A stretch of DNA of 64,000 bases. Source: Diadema antillarum. Taxonomy: Eukaryota. The stretch spans positions 744,001 to 808,000 of the forward strand of contig NW_027272137.1 of NCBI RefSeq assembly GCF_040938485.1, read 5' to 3'. The translations under genes were made by a program, and so were the position numbers. The stretch's first letter is position 1; each line of letters starts with the position of its first letter. Below are positions 21,801 to 32,400 of the stretch, one piece after another. The notes under the pieces were generated by a model, which saw only the letters and a list, made by a program, of their open reading frames with translations, searched no databases and had not been told where the DNA came from.

Positions 21801-24184
21801 GTACTCGCTGGAATCTGGCAACAGACACCTTGAGTGTTAAGGAAGTGAAGACATCTGACAACGCGATACCAACTAAACGTAAGATCCTAGCTCAAACAGC
21901 ATCATACTACGACGTTTTTGGTATGTTGTCTGGACTTCTCGTTCGCCCCAAGATTCTGCTGCAGAAGCTTTGGCAATTGGGTGTTGATTGGGATACCCCC
22001 TTGAATGACAGATCTGAACTGTGCTCACTCCTGAGTGCCATCAACAGCGATCTACAGGAAGCAGCCACCATTGAAATCCCACGGTGCTTAATTCCCGAGA
22101 TGTACAGAGGGAGGCGGCCTCTACCGGAAGTGTCCATGCACGGCGCGAGTGATGCCTCAGAGGATGCAATGGGCATCGGCGTGTGGTTGAGATGGTCAAA
22201 TTCCACAGACTCTGAAGCGCAGCTGTCATTTGTTGCAGCAAGAGCCCGCCTCACTCCACTCAAGCAGTCCAGTATTCCACGGAAAGAACTACAAGCAATC
22301 CTGTTGCTGTCGAGACTGATGGTCACCCTGAAGAATGTGCTGCGCTTCAATATTGCGTACTCCAGGATCTGGACTGATAGTATGACTGCTATCAGCTGGC
22401 TCCGGGGACAGTCCAAGTCCTTTCGCTCGTACGTTGCTTACCGTGTTGGTGAGATTACCTCTGAGTTTGACCCCTACAAGGATATTGCGTATGTTCCTAC
22501 AGACCAGAACGTCATCGACCTGGTTTCCAGGGGAGGCACTGCAGCAGAAATGAAGAGAGTCATCGAGGGGCCGGAGTATCTGAAGTTGTCTCCTGCATCC
22601 TGGCCCAAGACACCAGAGAACATTCCTGTAAATGCTAAGGATCCAGAACAGAAGAAATTTCATGCCAGGAATGCTAAGACTTTAGCAGTCACAATCAACA
22701 CTGCATCCAGGCCTCCTCCAATGATCGATGCCACTAAGTACTCCACCTGGCCAAAATTGTTGATGACTACAGCCAGAGTCCTCTCCATGAAGGACGTTCC
22801 CAAGAAGCTATGGTTGAAGCAGCTTACTCACCAGATCTCTCAGTGGCCTTCTTTGAAACACATCAAGGAAGCGGAGCTGTACTGGATCCGAGAAGCGCAA
22901 AGAGACATTGACTTTCGTGATCCCAACATCCTGAAGTTGGATCCATTCTATGATGAGGATGACCAGGTGTACCGTGTTGGGGGGCGTATTGATCGTGCAC
23001 CACTGTCCTTTGATGTTCGTCACCCGTACCTTCTCCCTCGGAAGAATCATATCAGTCTGCTGATTGTACGTGACAGACACATTCACGCTCTCCATGGGGG
23101 TCATCTCCGAACGGCAACGGAAGTTCGGAAGAAGTACTGGATTGTTGGAGATACGAGCATCTCAAAACATGTTGTTCAAGAATGTGTTGTCTGCAGGAAA
23201 CACAGAGGAAAGCCAGTCCAGCAGAAGATGTCGGACTTACCGGACTTCAGAGTCAAACCCTGCACACCCCCGTTCCAGACAACATTGGTAGATTACCTCG
23301 GACCAGTGAACGTAAAGTTGAGCAGGAACACTACCACAAAGGGTTACTGCGCGGTCTTTACCTGCGCGGTGACTAGGGCCGTGCACCTGACATGCGTACA
23401 AGACTTATCCACTCAGGCGTTTTTGCAGGCTCTTGAACGCTTTGTCAGCATCAGAGGGGCCCCATCCATGCTTATCAGTGACAACGGTACATGTTTCAGG
23501 GGAGCGGACAATGTCATTAATCAGCTGAACCTGAAACTGAACCACGACCAAGTGAGACAACGCTGTCGCAAATACAACGCTGAGTGGAGATTCGGACCAC
23601 CCGCTGGGCCTCATCATCAAGGAGCCGTAGAACGCATGGTCAGGGAGGTGAAAAAGGGAATGCGGCATCTCGTCACATCTGATCGTCTGACATTTGCGGA
23701 GTGGGAGACCGTCTTTACGCAGATATCTGGTGTCATCAATAGTCGTCCCCTCACTGCCATGTCATCATCGCCATTAGACGATCCGCCGCTGACTCCAAAT
23801 CACTTCCTGATCGGAAGAGGTGACTTGCCTTGCCCAGAGGTCCCTTGCGAAGAGTCCAAAGGCGACTCCAGGAAGCGGAGAGAAATTTGTAACGCCATGG
23901 TTGACGGCTTCTGGCAGCGCTGGTTAGCTTGCATCCACAAACTCTCCCCGCGACCCAAGTGGCAACAGTCTGTCGAAAACCTCGCAGTGCACGACGTGGT
24001 ACTTGTCATCGGTGAAGACAAAGCACGTGGGTCCTGGAAAATGGCTGAAGTTGTGCAACTCTATCCAGGGAAAGACGATTTGGTGAGGGTTGTTGACGTT
24101 AAATCTGCGGATGGTGTAGTCGCAAAGAGGCCTGTAACGAAACTCATTCTCCTGATGAAGAAGTCAGAGCGCCTAGATTTATAG
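18887..24184 (+). CDS. BEL/Pao Gag-Pol polyprotein (1765 aa, uninterrupted)
   Basis: Gag PTFNGNIRDYERF motif and Cys/His boxes; aspartic protease ILLDGGSQAT; RT motifs PHFAV, RVVYDG, DISKMF, FGDKPSP and YMDD; RNase H DASE; integrase HHCC (H..ALHGG..CVVC) with D,D,E (VDYLGP, SDNG, AVERMV); C-terminal W..WL..LSPRPKW..G.V region. The order PR-RT-RH-IN is typical of BEL/Pao. Confidence 0.97.
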   Translation: MAENPKGLRLSRRNLKGQLTRTLTILDSLIKDDRHDVSMLQKYISKAEEQFEGIEKKHEELMQVIEDDVEFETEEKWMSDCESRFIQTLVEARRTVDCCSQSSASDTHGASMPSTPMTPRQHTATTASDPQQSPPSNASPATPLLTSRPSTSGAGSMPKMARMKYPTFNGNIRDYERFKALFNHCAAGLNEIECFYQLTEAMVNSKERNMIRGCINVERAWEILDEYFGDRDRIVDSLMKDLENLKTYERRGKIDIPAMGRFIQTLQNFETQAESVGLSGEMNSKMMLCSIKRKLPEEHRVGFYKSVRDDETADSLSGLNRWLFREHIVIQKATPADTENTGSSQRMTKSSNAAVDSGQHHTDRKVPTLKCPLHAKTTSHFLKNCNRFRTLTLEEKHEILKGNGFCSRCGHNNCVAGKSPYDHSRCQYIAPCRIPTCGSDQHFASICPVVYGSNAKSQQGNPQSRPTSSTAKVSTVTSTEHLQSTLPTVMGYLRYGNQKRLVRILLDGGSQATLLREGVFPKSANDSFQDHDLILVGGSKISKKLRVLDCHIEDLEGNWSCPITTTEIDKPCGDAPIIQPDQLQQYDYLRDVNVDIAHSEMIDVLLGVDNTHLMIWEEYIRGERSDEPVAVKCPLGWFIQGGKSAGSTSLLNYVNVSAVGSLEEYIGLETAGLEPRRCRCTADFDEKSATVKMEESVTRLPDGSYEVGLPWKRSPDDLPDNFQYAVKRQMCLEKQFAERPEDWEIYCQQMREQLNRGVSRHVTTEELLRDREANRKMWFLPHFAVVKDSKTTPVRVVYDGKAKYQGHSLNDYLAKGENVNSNLIDVALRFRENEVGVIADISKMFQAIKIQPEDARFHRFVFRENPNHPIQIYELTTVTFGDKPSPTAAIVTLRHVIHEHAPNDERLKRVAAEQFYMDDLNESVVNPAEALELKSKLTETLKKGNFSIRKWQSNVKEVCDQTEDTSVATVLGTRWNLATDTLSVKEVKTSDNAIPTKRKILAQTASYYDVFGMLSGLLVRPKILLQKLWQLGVDWDTPLNDRSELCSLLSAINSDLQEAATIEIPRCLIPEMYRGRRPLPEVSMHGASDASEDAMGIGVWLRWSNSTDSEAQLSFVAARARLTPLKQSSIPRKELQAILLLSRLMVTLKNVLRFNIAYSRIWTDSMTAISWLRGQSKSFRSYVAYRVGEITSEFDPYKDIAYVPTDQNVIDLVSRGGTAAEMKRVIEGPEYLKLSPASWPKTPENIPVNAKDPEQKKFHARNAKTLAVTINTASRPPPMIDATKYSTWPKLLMTTARVLSMKDVPKKLWLKQLTHQISQWPSLKHIKEAELYWIREAQRDIDFRDPNILKLDPFYDEDDQVYRVGGRIDRAPLSFDVRHPYLLPRKNHISLLIVRDRHIHALHGGHLRTATEVRKKYWIVGDTSISKHVVQECVVCRKHRGKPVQQKMSDLPDFRVKPCTPPFQTTLVDYLGPVNVKLSRNTTTKGYCAVFTCAVTRAVHLTCVQDLSTQAFLQALERFVSIRGAPSMLISDNGTCFRGADNVINQLNLKLNHDQVRQRCRKYNAEWRFGPPAGPHHQGAVERMVREVKKGMRHLVTSDRLTFAEWETVFTQISGVINSRPLTAMSSSPLDDPPLTPNHFLIGRGDLPCPEVPCEESKGDSRKRREICNAMVDGFWQRWLACIHKLSPRPKWQQSVENLAVHDVVLVIGEDKARGSWKMAEVVQLYPGKDDLVRVVDVKSADGVVAKRPVTKLILLMKKSERLDL

Positions 24185-24412
24185 AACCTTAGTGCTTCTC
24201 AGGACTTGTGGTGTATTTTGTACAAGTGATTGATCAATCCTTTTCTGTTGAAGTAAACTGCGGGAATGCTAGCCTAACTTCACCCATGAAGATAAGATAT
24301 CTCATTCGGTTTAGAAAAGTTTCACGGACACGGACTTGAACAACAGGCATTTTCCCATTGCCCCTGTGTGTTGTTTGGATGGTGACATTCCGTCACCTTT
24401 GGGGGGATGGGA

Positions 24413-24426
24413 TGTCATGAAATGAT

Positions 24427-24460
<34 letters not shown>

Positions 24461-25893
24461 TTTGTTTTGTTTTGTTTTGCTGTTACAAATGAAACTGCTG
24501 GTGCAGAGACTAACCAGCAAAAGAATGTGTTCGGGAAGTTTGGCAGTTCGCCAAGAGTGAACCCAGATTTCTTCTTCTTTTTGACCTTTTACAGCTATGA
24601 AGGTATGTTGAGATTTGTACCATCTAAGCTTTGTTAGATATAGAACATGTAAGATGACTGGCATTGCATAAATGTGGGTAGTATTCAAGACATTCTTTCC
24701 TAAACTGGTATTCACCTACAAGTTTGTACACTGTATCGTTACAGTTTGTGTCACACAGTTTGTGTATGTGAAAATGATTGAGAGTGGTTTGTTTTCACAT
24801 GGTTTTGTGATCTGTATCGACATTATAACTCATTGTATTCCTTGTTTAACCAAAAAAGGGGAAAAGGAATTGTGTAGAAATGTTGAGGAAAGTAATGATA
24901 TAGTTAGAATGGTTGTTATAGTTCTGAAAGTGACTGAATTATCGATGATTTAACGAACTTGTTTTTTAGTAGTAGCGTATGAATATTGCGTGGAAAGGTT
25001 GGGGCCACACATGGGTGCATGTAAAACTTACAGGCGGATGGATATTTTAGTTTGAGTAGTGTGATGGGGCTCTGTTTGTGTGTTCGAACACTTTCTCATT
25101 ACTCCTCTGTAGGGCTTTGTATGGTTGCTCATTATTGTAGGCAGGCTGTTACGTAAGACAAGACTACACACAGTTGTGGTCTGTTGATATATTATGTATA
25201 ATGTAATGAGAGTTGAAGTGTAAACTAGTGGGAATAGTATAGAGAAATTTCTGCACAGCTTACAGTTAATGCAACAAAGGAGTAAGACATTTGTTTTTGT
25301 TATTTGAGGAAAAATTGCAAAACAAAATACAACAAACAAGCTGATCTGTATTATTGTTAGGGATCATTACTCACCTGCATACATGTATTGCATTATAGGG
25401 AGTACTATTGCTCTAATTGTTGTTGAGGAAGGAAACAGATCACACATTGTTGTTATAAATGAAAGTAAGGTTTAGGAAGGATTTTCCGAGAGTTGCGAAT
25501 TACAACTGAGTTTTTTAATGAAACTTTCATTGAAGTTGTGTTTGCTATATCATATTTGTAGAGACACATAACTTCTAGTTCAAGTTCATGGATTATTATT
25601 TTCATCCAAGTAAATGTATACCTAACAAAATACAAAGTATACACATTGTGTTATTTGATCAGAAAGTATGTGAACTTAATACTGATCATTGTGCTTTATT
25701 TTGTTTCAATCGCATACAGAAATCTCAACACTGTTGTTGAATCTACTCATGACTGGCACATCACTGTTATAGTAACCACAAAATAAACAGGAAACAATCA
25801 AAGTTTAAATACGCTTCCTTCTCCTGTGTTTCAACGGTGCGTTCGGTCTATTGCAGCAACGTGGAAATTAGTTACACTCCCGATCACACAACA
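24413..25893 (+). repeat. 3' LTR (1481 bp)
   Basis: Constant 7044-bp offset from the 5' LTR after the microsatellite. (AT)14 here versus (AT)18 explains the 8-bp length difference. Three ORF-track peptides are identical in both LTRs. Confidence 0.95.
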
Positions 25894-25995
25894 GTCGTTT
25901 TTTAATGAAACCAGTTGCCCGGCGTCCGGAATGTTGTACTAGGCGTGCTGCGGTTGGTGGGAATGCTGGTAGAGAGGTCAAAGAGATGGTGTCAT

Positions 25996-26030
25996 CAAGG
26001 AGGTGTATGAGAGAACGTCATACCTCCTTG
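25996..26030. mobile_element. 35-bp CAAGGAGG..CCTCCTTG micro-insertion flanked by a 7-bp duplication (possible transposon footprint)
   Basis: gtgtcat at 25989-25995 and 26031-26037 (equivalently a 9-bp ggtgtcatc duplication around a 33-bp core). The termini are inverted. Confidence 0.55.
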
Positions 26031-29000
26031 GTGTCATCTCTTTGGGATGGGCACCACTGGCACGCACAGAATAAACAATGATATGCATGATCAGAAAGCG
26101 AGCGCACACGGTGTGCACTTTCGCGATCCGAACCCACGATTCTGATTACGCAATACTGCACGCACACACAACAATCCAGGTATCGCGCTCAAACCGATCT
26201 GTATTATCGTAAGATCGAAGGAAGTTTACTGACAATATAGTAAGTAGAAATGTCTTGCTTGTCATGTATATTTTAAGACATCACACTCTGATATTTTTTT
26301 TCCCTTAAATCTTGTGTTGCCCGTGTGACACCTCGTAATTTACTCATAAATAAGCAGTAGGCACAGGCCTAAGTTTTCTAGTACTAATACATACAAAACA
26401 ATAGGAGCCTACTTTACTGTAGTCCGGGGCATAGAGATACGAGTAAGCGTTGCAAACGAACCTCATCTAACGCCCCCAGTATTTAACGAGTTAATCAATG
26501 ACCGTTCTCTACTTAATTGTAGAATACCTCACCACTCCTTTGTTTGAGGGCATACTCCTGAAATAGGCCCCATGGCCCCACCACTGCATGTCCATATTAC
26601 TAGTAATAAAATTTACTAATACTACGGTGGCTTGCCAATTGCCTGTTTAATTAAAAATTTAAGTTTACTCGTGAATTCAGTGCCCCACCACCACACCATC
26701 ATTCAAGCCAACACAACACCAGTACGCTGATACACCACAAGGTGGCCTGTACTTTATTGAAAGAAGAAGAAGAACTCCAAGGCATCATTATTGTGCCATT
26801 CATTATCGGTACATATCAATAAACTAAGCACAGCAGTGGGGCTGTCTTTCGCAGTACCGGGACTCATGAATGCGGCCGCACCAAATTAATCGGAGAGTGA
26901 TACAGCCGCTAGCCGCGGGGCGGATTTCCACAGCATAGATAAGATAGCATCTTTTGTCCTCCCTTTCTCCCGTTTTTTTCTTTGGTCTTCAACCTTTTAA
27001 GGTTTATTCTCGGAAGGACTGCTTAACATCCCTAGACTAATTCAACAGCCAATCCAACCATAAATACAAGTTTTACGACCCTAACCTAACCTTCCTTGCT
27101 AACGCATGGGTGCACGTGCACTGCGATGGGACCGATTTCACAAGTTTGCCTGTATGAGATCGTTCGTTTGTCAGCCAACGATCTCAAAACGCATATAAAT
27201 ATTACATCATGACATGAACGTTGTCCTCCGATTACCATGCCAGCCATCTGCTAAAATACATCTACATGTACTTGGATAAATTACCTCGCGGCTGCCTAGT
27301 AGTACTAGAGTACTGTATGTAGCGTAGTTCTGACAGTTGGTCAACCAAGCCAACGATCTACAAAGTGTGCTTGTGTGCATTGGCCAGAGACTTCAATTCA
27401 CAGTGTAGGTTCGTTGGTTTGTTGGCCAAAGTCAAGACTTCCCACAATGCAGGGTGCGTGCAACCATGCAATTAGCAAGCAAGGTCAGGGTAGTGTAGGG
27501 TTGTATTTATGGTGGAATAATGGACAGAAACTTCACATTATACTGTCATTTCATGAGTTGGGTGCTATTTGCGACTTTAAAGACACGCGAAAATATTGAC
27601 TCTGATCCCAATTTGTATGAATTTGATGTATATGTATGCATTTTCAGTTCAGAACGTGACTCCACAATTGGGAATTTAACTGCTTTTGAAATTGTTGGGA
27701 GGTCCAGATTCATGAAAATTTAGACTCTCTATGTTACATGTATAGTATATGATGTAGTACAGTATGCATTGTACTTTTTTACGATCGTTGCTCGATAATA
27801 TTTTTAATAAAGTTCTTGGTATAAGTAGGGTGTGTATGGGCTTCTGTTTTATATCAAGAATAGATTTTATTTTCATTTAATTAGGGCACTTAGAAGATAA
27901 TTTCCATATCATTTCATATACCAGTACAAATTTGTACTGTATCTTTAATGGCACAAGACATTTGTTCCTTTATTACAACCCTTCTTATTCTCAGGTATGC
28001 TCTCACTACGTACATGTACAATGTACATTGTACATGTAGTATGCAGACTATGCGATATTTAAGAGCTACACTATGTTAAATGTGACCGTACATCACAAAA
28101 CAAACAAAAAGTTGCAGGCAGTGATTTTGTGTGAGGACTGAAAATAGGTGAAATTGGTCACCTAAGCAATCTTGAGTTTTTCATATTTTCTGAAAGAACA
28201 AATCTTCTACATTATGTTAAAGTTTGGGATCGTAAAAAAGCAGGAACTTGTGTTTTCAGCAGTCTTTCTCACACTTTTTGATGGAATAGTGTGATTGGGT
28301 GTTTCTGATAGAGCCCTCTTTTCATTTCTTAAAAACCCTGTCCATACTCTTCACTGTCAGATCTGATAATTTTGAAAGAGTGATGCTACTGCATTGAAAG
28401 TTGGGATTAATCTTCTACAGAATGTGTTGATGAAGCATGCTTGATTTTAGCTTAATCTGATAACCCCTTCATTGTTGTTGCTCCAATGGTCAACATCCTC
28501 TTTTTTGTTCCATTCATTCCACAGCTTGCATGTCTTGGTAAAGATCAAGCGCTTGAATAGACCCTGTACTTCAGAACCTGTTTTCTCAGTTCACACTTTC
28601 CAGAGTGTGTCCTTTCTTTCCAATGTTTTGATAGGTTAGGAGAATCCATTTGAATTGAGTTATACATCATTTTAAAGCTTAGAGTCTGCCCTTTCAGAAT
28701 CTGCCCTTAACCAATAATCCATGTCTGGCGACTTTTTCTTTGTTTTTTGGTGCAGGGTCACACATGCACTTTTCCTGTAAGATGTGTGTTCTTCAAAAAT
28801 CAAATGTGCACACATCCATATATATGGAAATCATATCATAATTTGAGTCGATTTCATCAATGCTCAACTTTTAGCAAAAAACAGTAGTCATCTGCTACAG
28901 TGTATATTTATGACTTGGAAATGATATTACTTTATCTACTGTCACAACTGTGCATGCTAGTCATGTAAACAATTCCTCAATGGAATAGTGTGTCGGCATT

Positions 29001-29424
29001 AGTGGCCTAGATTTGTGTTTATTTTTATTATGCTCACCAGGAAAATTACTTTGATCAATAGATAAGAGTTTTCCTATCAGTGTATGATCTGTTCTTTGTC
29101 TGTATGAAAACTGCATGCATTTTTGTCATTAATTTTACTTTCTTCCAATGCAGTAGTGTGCTAGTTTTGCCATAAAATTTGTATGAAAACATACATATGT
29201 TGTAGCCATCAAGGCTGAGCTTACTAGATTTTGACCCCATTTTGGAGTCCTTATACCACATAAAAAATGAATTTGAAAGAATTTGTATGAGGTTGTTCAT
29301 TGACTTTTTGTACAGTACTCCCCTGTTTGGTACTTTGTGCTGATCAGTATAAGAAATTATATTGTTTTCTGCATGTTCACCATCCTAATTTTTACTGTCT
29401 TCATGACTTTGTTGATTGCAGGTC

Positions 29425-32400
29425 ATGGACAGGACATCAGGAAATGTGCCATACATGTGTGGCGTCTGCCTTATAACATTTTCACATCATGAGGACTTGA
29501 AGCAGCACACAAAGATGCACACCAGGTTAAATCCATGTGTAAGATTAGGGAGAAAGTTGCCCATCAATGTTAAGCGTCGTCCTCGCATTGAAAGTTATGA
29601 AGTGACTCAACGTCGACCAGATGACATATCAGAAGGTAATGAGAAGCAGAAAGTGCCAAGTATGGAAAGTCAACAGCATGTAAATTCTACAAATAGTCTG
29701 ACAGACACGATGGAGACAAGACATACGTCTGACATGCACAGCATTGACACACCGGTGTCTGCGGACAAAGATAGTGAATCAGCTAAACATACGTCTGACA
29801 TGCACAGGGTTGATACACCAGCATCTGCGGACAGAGATAGTGAATCAGCTATCTACTTTTGTAATGGATGTGGAGAAATGTTTGACTGCAAGCAACACTT
29901 GAACAAACATGTGGAGGGCCACCACAAAACGTACACATGCAGACTCTGCAGCAGCAGCTTCACAGGAATTTACTTCTTACAGCACCACATGGCTGTTCAC
30001 GGGGAAAGGGAGAAACCTTTCGTCTGTGGAATCTGCGGGCGGAAGTTCAGCAGGAAAGGGATGCTGTTGCAACACCTTCTAGTATGCAGTGCTCAAGCAA
30101 GAGAGAATCTACAGCAGGATGTAAACCTGGACTCTTCACATCCCCAAACGATCAAACATGATGCCATTCTATCCCAGGAGTCAAGAGAATTCCATCCTCC
30201 TGCTGTGGCTGTAGACACTACAACTACAGGGGACATTTATAGTGTAATCCAAGTCAAAGTTGAAGATGATGTGTGTGTACATGAGAGCTATGGAGATGAG
30301 ATTACATCAGGTAGTGTTGCATATAAGTTAGAGGCAACAGAAGTATCCTCCTCTGGTAGACCAGCAGAGTTGGATGAGCTGCCCCCATCATCATCAGAAG
30401 AGAATGAGTATCTTCCAGATGATACCATGATTCCAAGTAGTATTGAGGACACCGCCCAACATTTGGCAGCTGCCACCTATTCAGATTCAAATCAGAAGTC
30501 TTCTGTAGATGTATTTCACCAGTCACGTGAAGCGTCTGCTCTGCTCTATGATCACTGGACATTGATGTCAGATCCTGACAATCGCCCCAGAAGCAAGAAT
30601 CCCAGCCAAGCACCACTTTGCTTGTCACAGGATATTGGGGCTACTTATGCACGTCAGCACCAACAAAGTGATCCCATTACTGAAGTACAATCATCTCCAA
30701 CCAAACTGGTAAGCATCAACAGCTCAACTCCTCGCCAGCCTTCTCTGAGTAAGGTCTGTCATGAATCTTTAGATGCCACTGGAGATTCCCAGCAGCAATT
30801 GCAGTATTCCAACCAGTACTCTACAGACAATGGTTGTGGTCCGAGAGAAGTTGATCTAAACATCCTCAGGAAGAACATGAGATGTCCAGAGGATGAGACG
30901 CGAGGTGATCCTGCCAAGGATGTTGGTTGTGATCAGAGGAAAAGGGTGGTACAGGGTTATGAGATTCAAGACAGATTTGAGAAAGACAACGGACATAATG
31001 AGATTGTTTTACAAACTGCAGATAGTATGTTTTATGCCTGTGAGATGTCACCTTCAAGCTCCACTGAGACCGATGCAGCTGCTTCTGTGGACAGCACCGA
31101 GCCACATGTGGAGTCCACATATCATGATGGTATTGTAAAACTCTCTGATCCAGCTAGAAAAAGCAGATGCCATTCAAAGAATTTTGTGTGCATGATGTGT
31201 CATAGAGTCTTTCCAAACAAATACCTTCTGAGCAGACATATGCGAATGCACTCGGCTGAAACACCCTATAACTGTTCTCTCTGTCCGAAAAAATTCAGGT
31301 GGGAAAGCTCTTTGAAAGCACATTTGCTAAGTCATAAAAGAAAGCAAACACCAAAGGAGCTCACCAAAGGGAAGCAAAGGACACCGGGGAGAACAATTCT
31401 TTGCAATATTTGTGGTAAAATGAGCGCAACACAGGCTTCTCACACTAAGCATATGCGTCTACACACTAATGACAAGCCATATATCTGTGAGCTATGCCCC
31501 AAGAGGTTTATGTGGCATAGCTCAATGCTAGCCCATTCAAGAAGCCACACCAGAGGGAGGACTAGAATAATTTCAAATCAAAAAGGAGAGACACAACACG
31601 GAGCAGATGGTATGGCCAATGCCACAAACACATTGGTTGTAGAACAGCAGTCACCCTCTGCCAACAAACGCGTCACCAAAGATGAAGCTGCATCTGGAGA
31701 TACTCTCCGCGTGCCTTTTCCAGCTCAGGAGGCTGCAGAAGCTTTTCCTCAAAAATCTGACCAAGACCTAGCTGCCAAGAGTGATTTATCATCAGTTGAG
31801 GGGAGAAAGTTGGAAACCACAGCAGGCCCTGGTATTGAGCAACAGGTAACTCTTCCTTCCCAAACTAAAAGTGGACTGGTTTCACAAGGCTTTCAGTGTA
31901 ACTTTTGTGACAAAGTGAGCATGACTAAGCATAAACATAGGAGACATGTTCGCCGCCACACCGCTGACTTTCCATACTCCTGTAAACTCTGCCCCAAGAA
32001 ATTCAAGTGGCACAGCTCCCTCTCAGCTCACTCCAAGAGTCATGCAACTGGGAAGTGGAGCAAGATGACCACCAAGGTTCCCGATTCACCACAGAAAGGC
32101 TTCAAATGTCACATCTGCAACAAAGTGAGCAGGGACAGCTCCCGCCACAGAAGACACATGCGGCTGCACACTGGTGACACGCCTTACTCCTGCCATCTAT
32201 GCCCCAAGAAATTCAAGTGGTGTAGCTCCCTAGCTGCTCACTTCAAGAGTCATGAAAATGAACGACTGAGAGGACAGGTCCATGAAAGTCATGAATTGAC
32301 TGCAGGTGGTATGACAGTAAAGGGAAAGGAGACCAGCGATGGAATCAACTGTGATGATGAGGATGGTCTTCAAAATATACCATCAGATGGTGATGCACCT

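Larger units (their letters stand above)
17361..25893 (+). mobile_element. Full-length BEL/Pao LTR retrotransposon
   Basis: TG..CA LTRs at 17361-18849 and 24413-25893; TSD GTCGT at 17356-17360 and 25894-25898; polypurine tract ggggggatggga at 24401-24412; a single gag-pol ORF. Confidence 0.97.
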
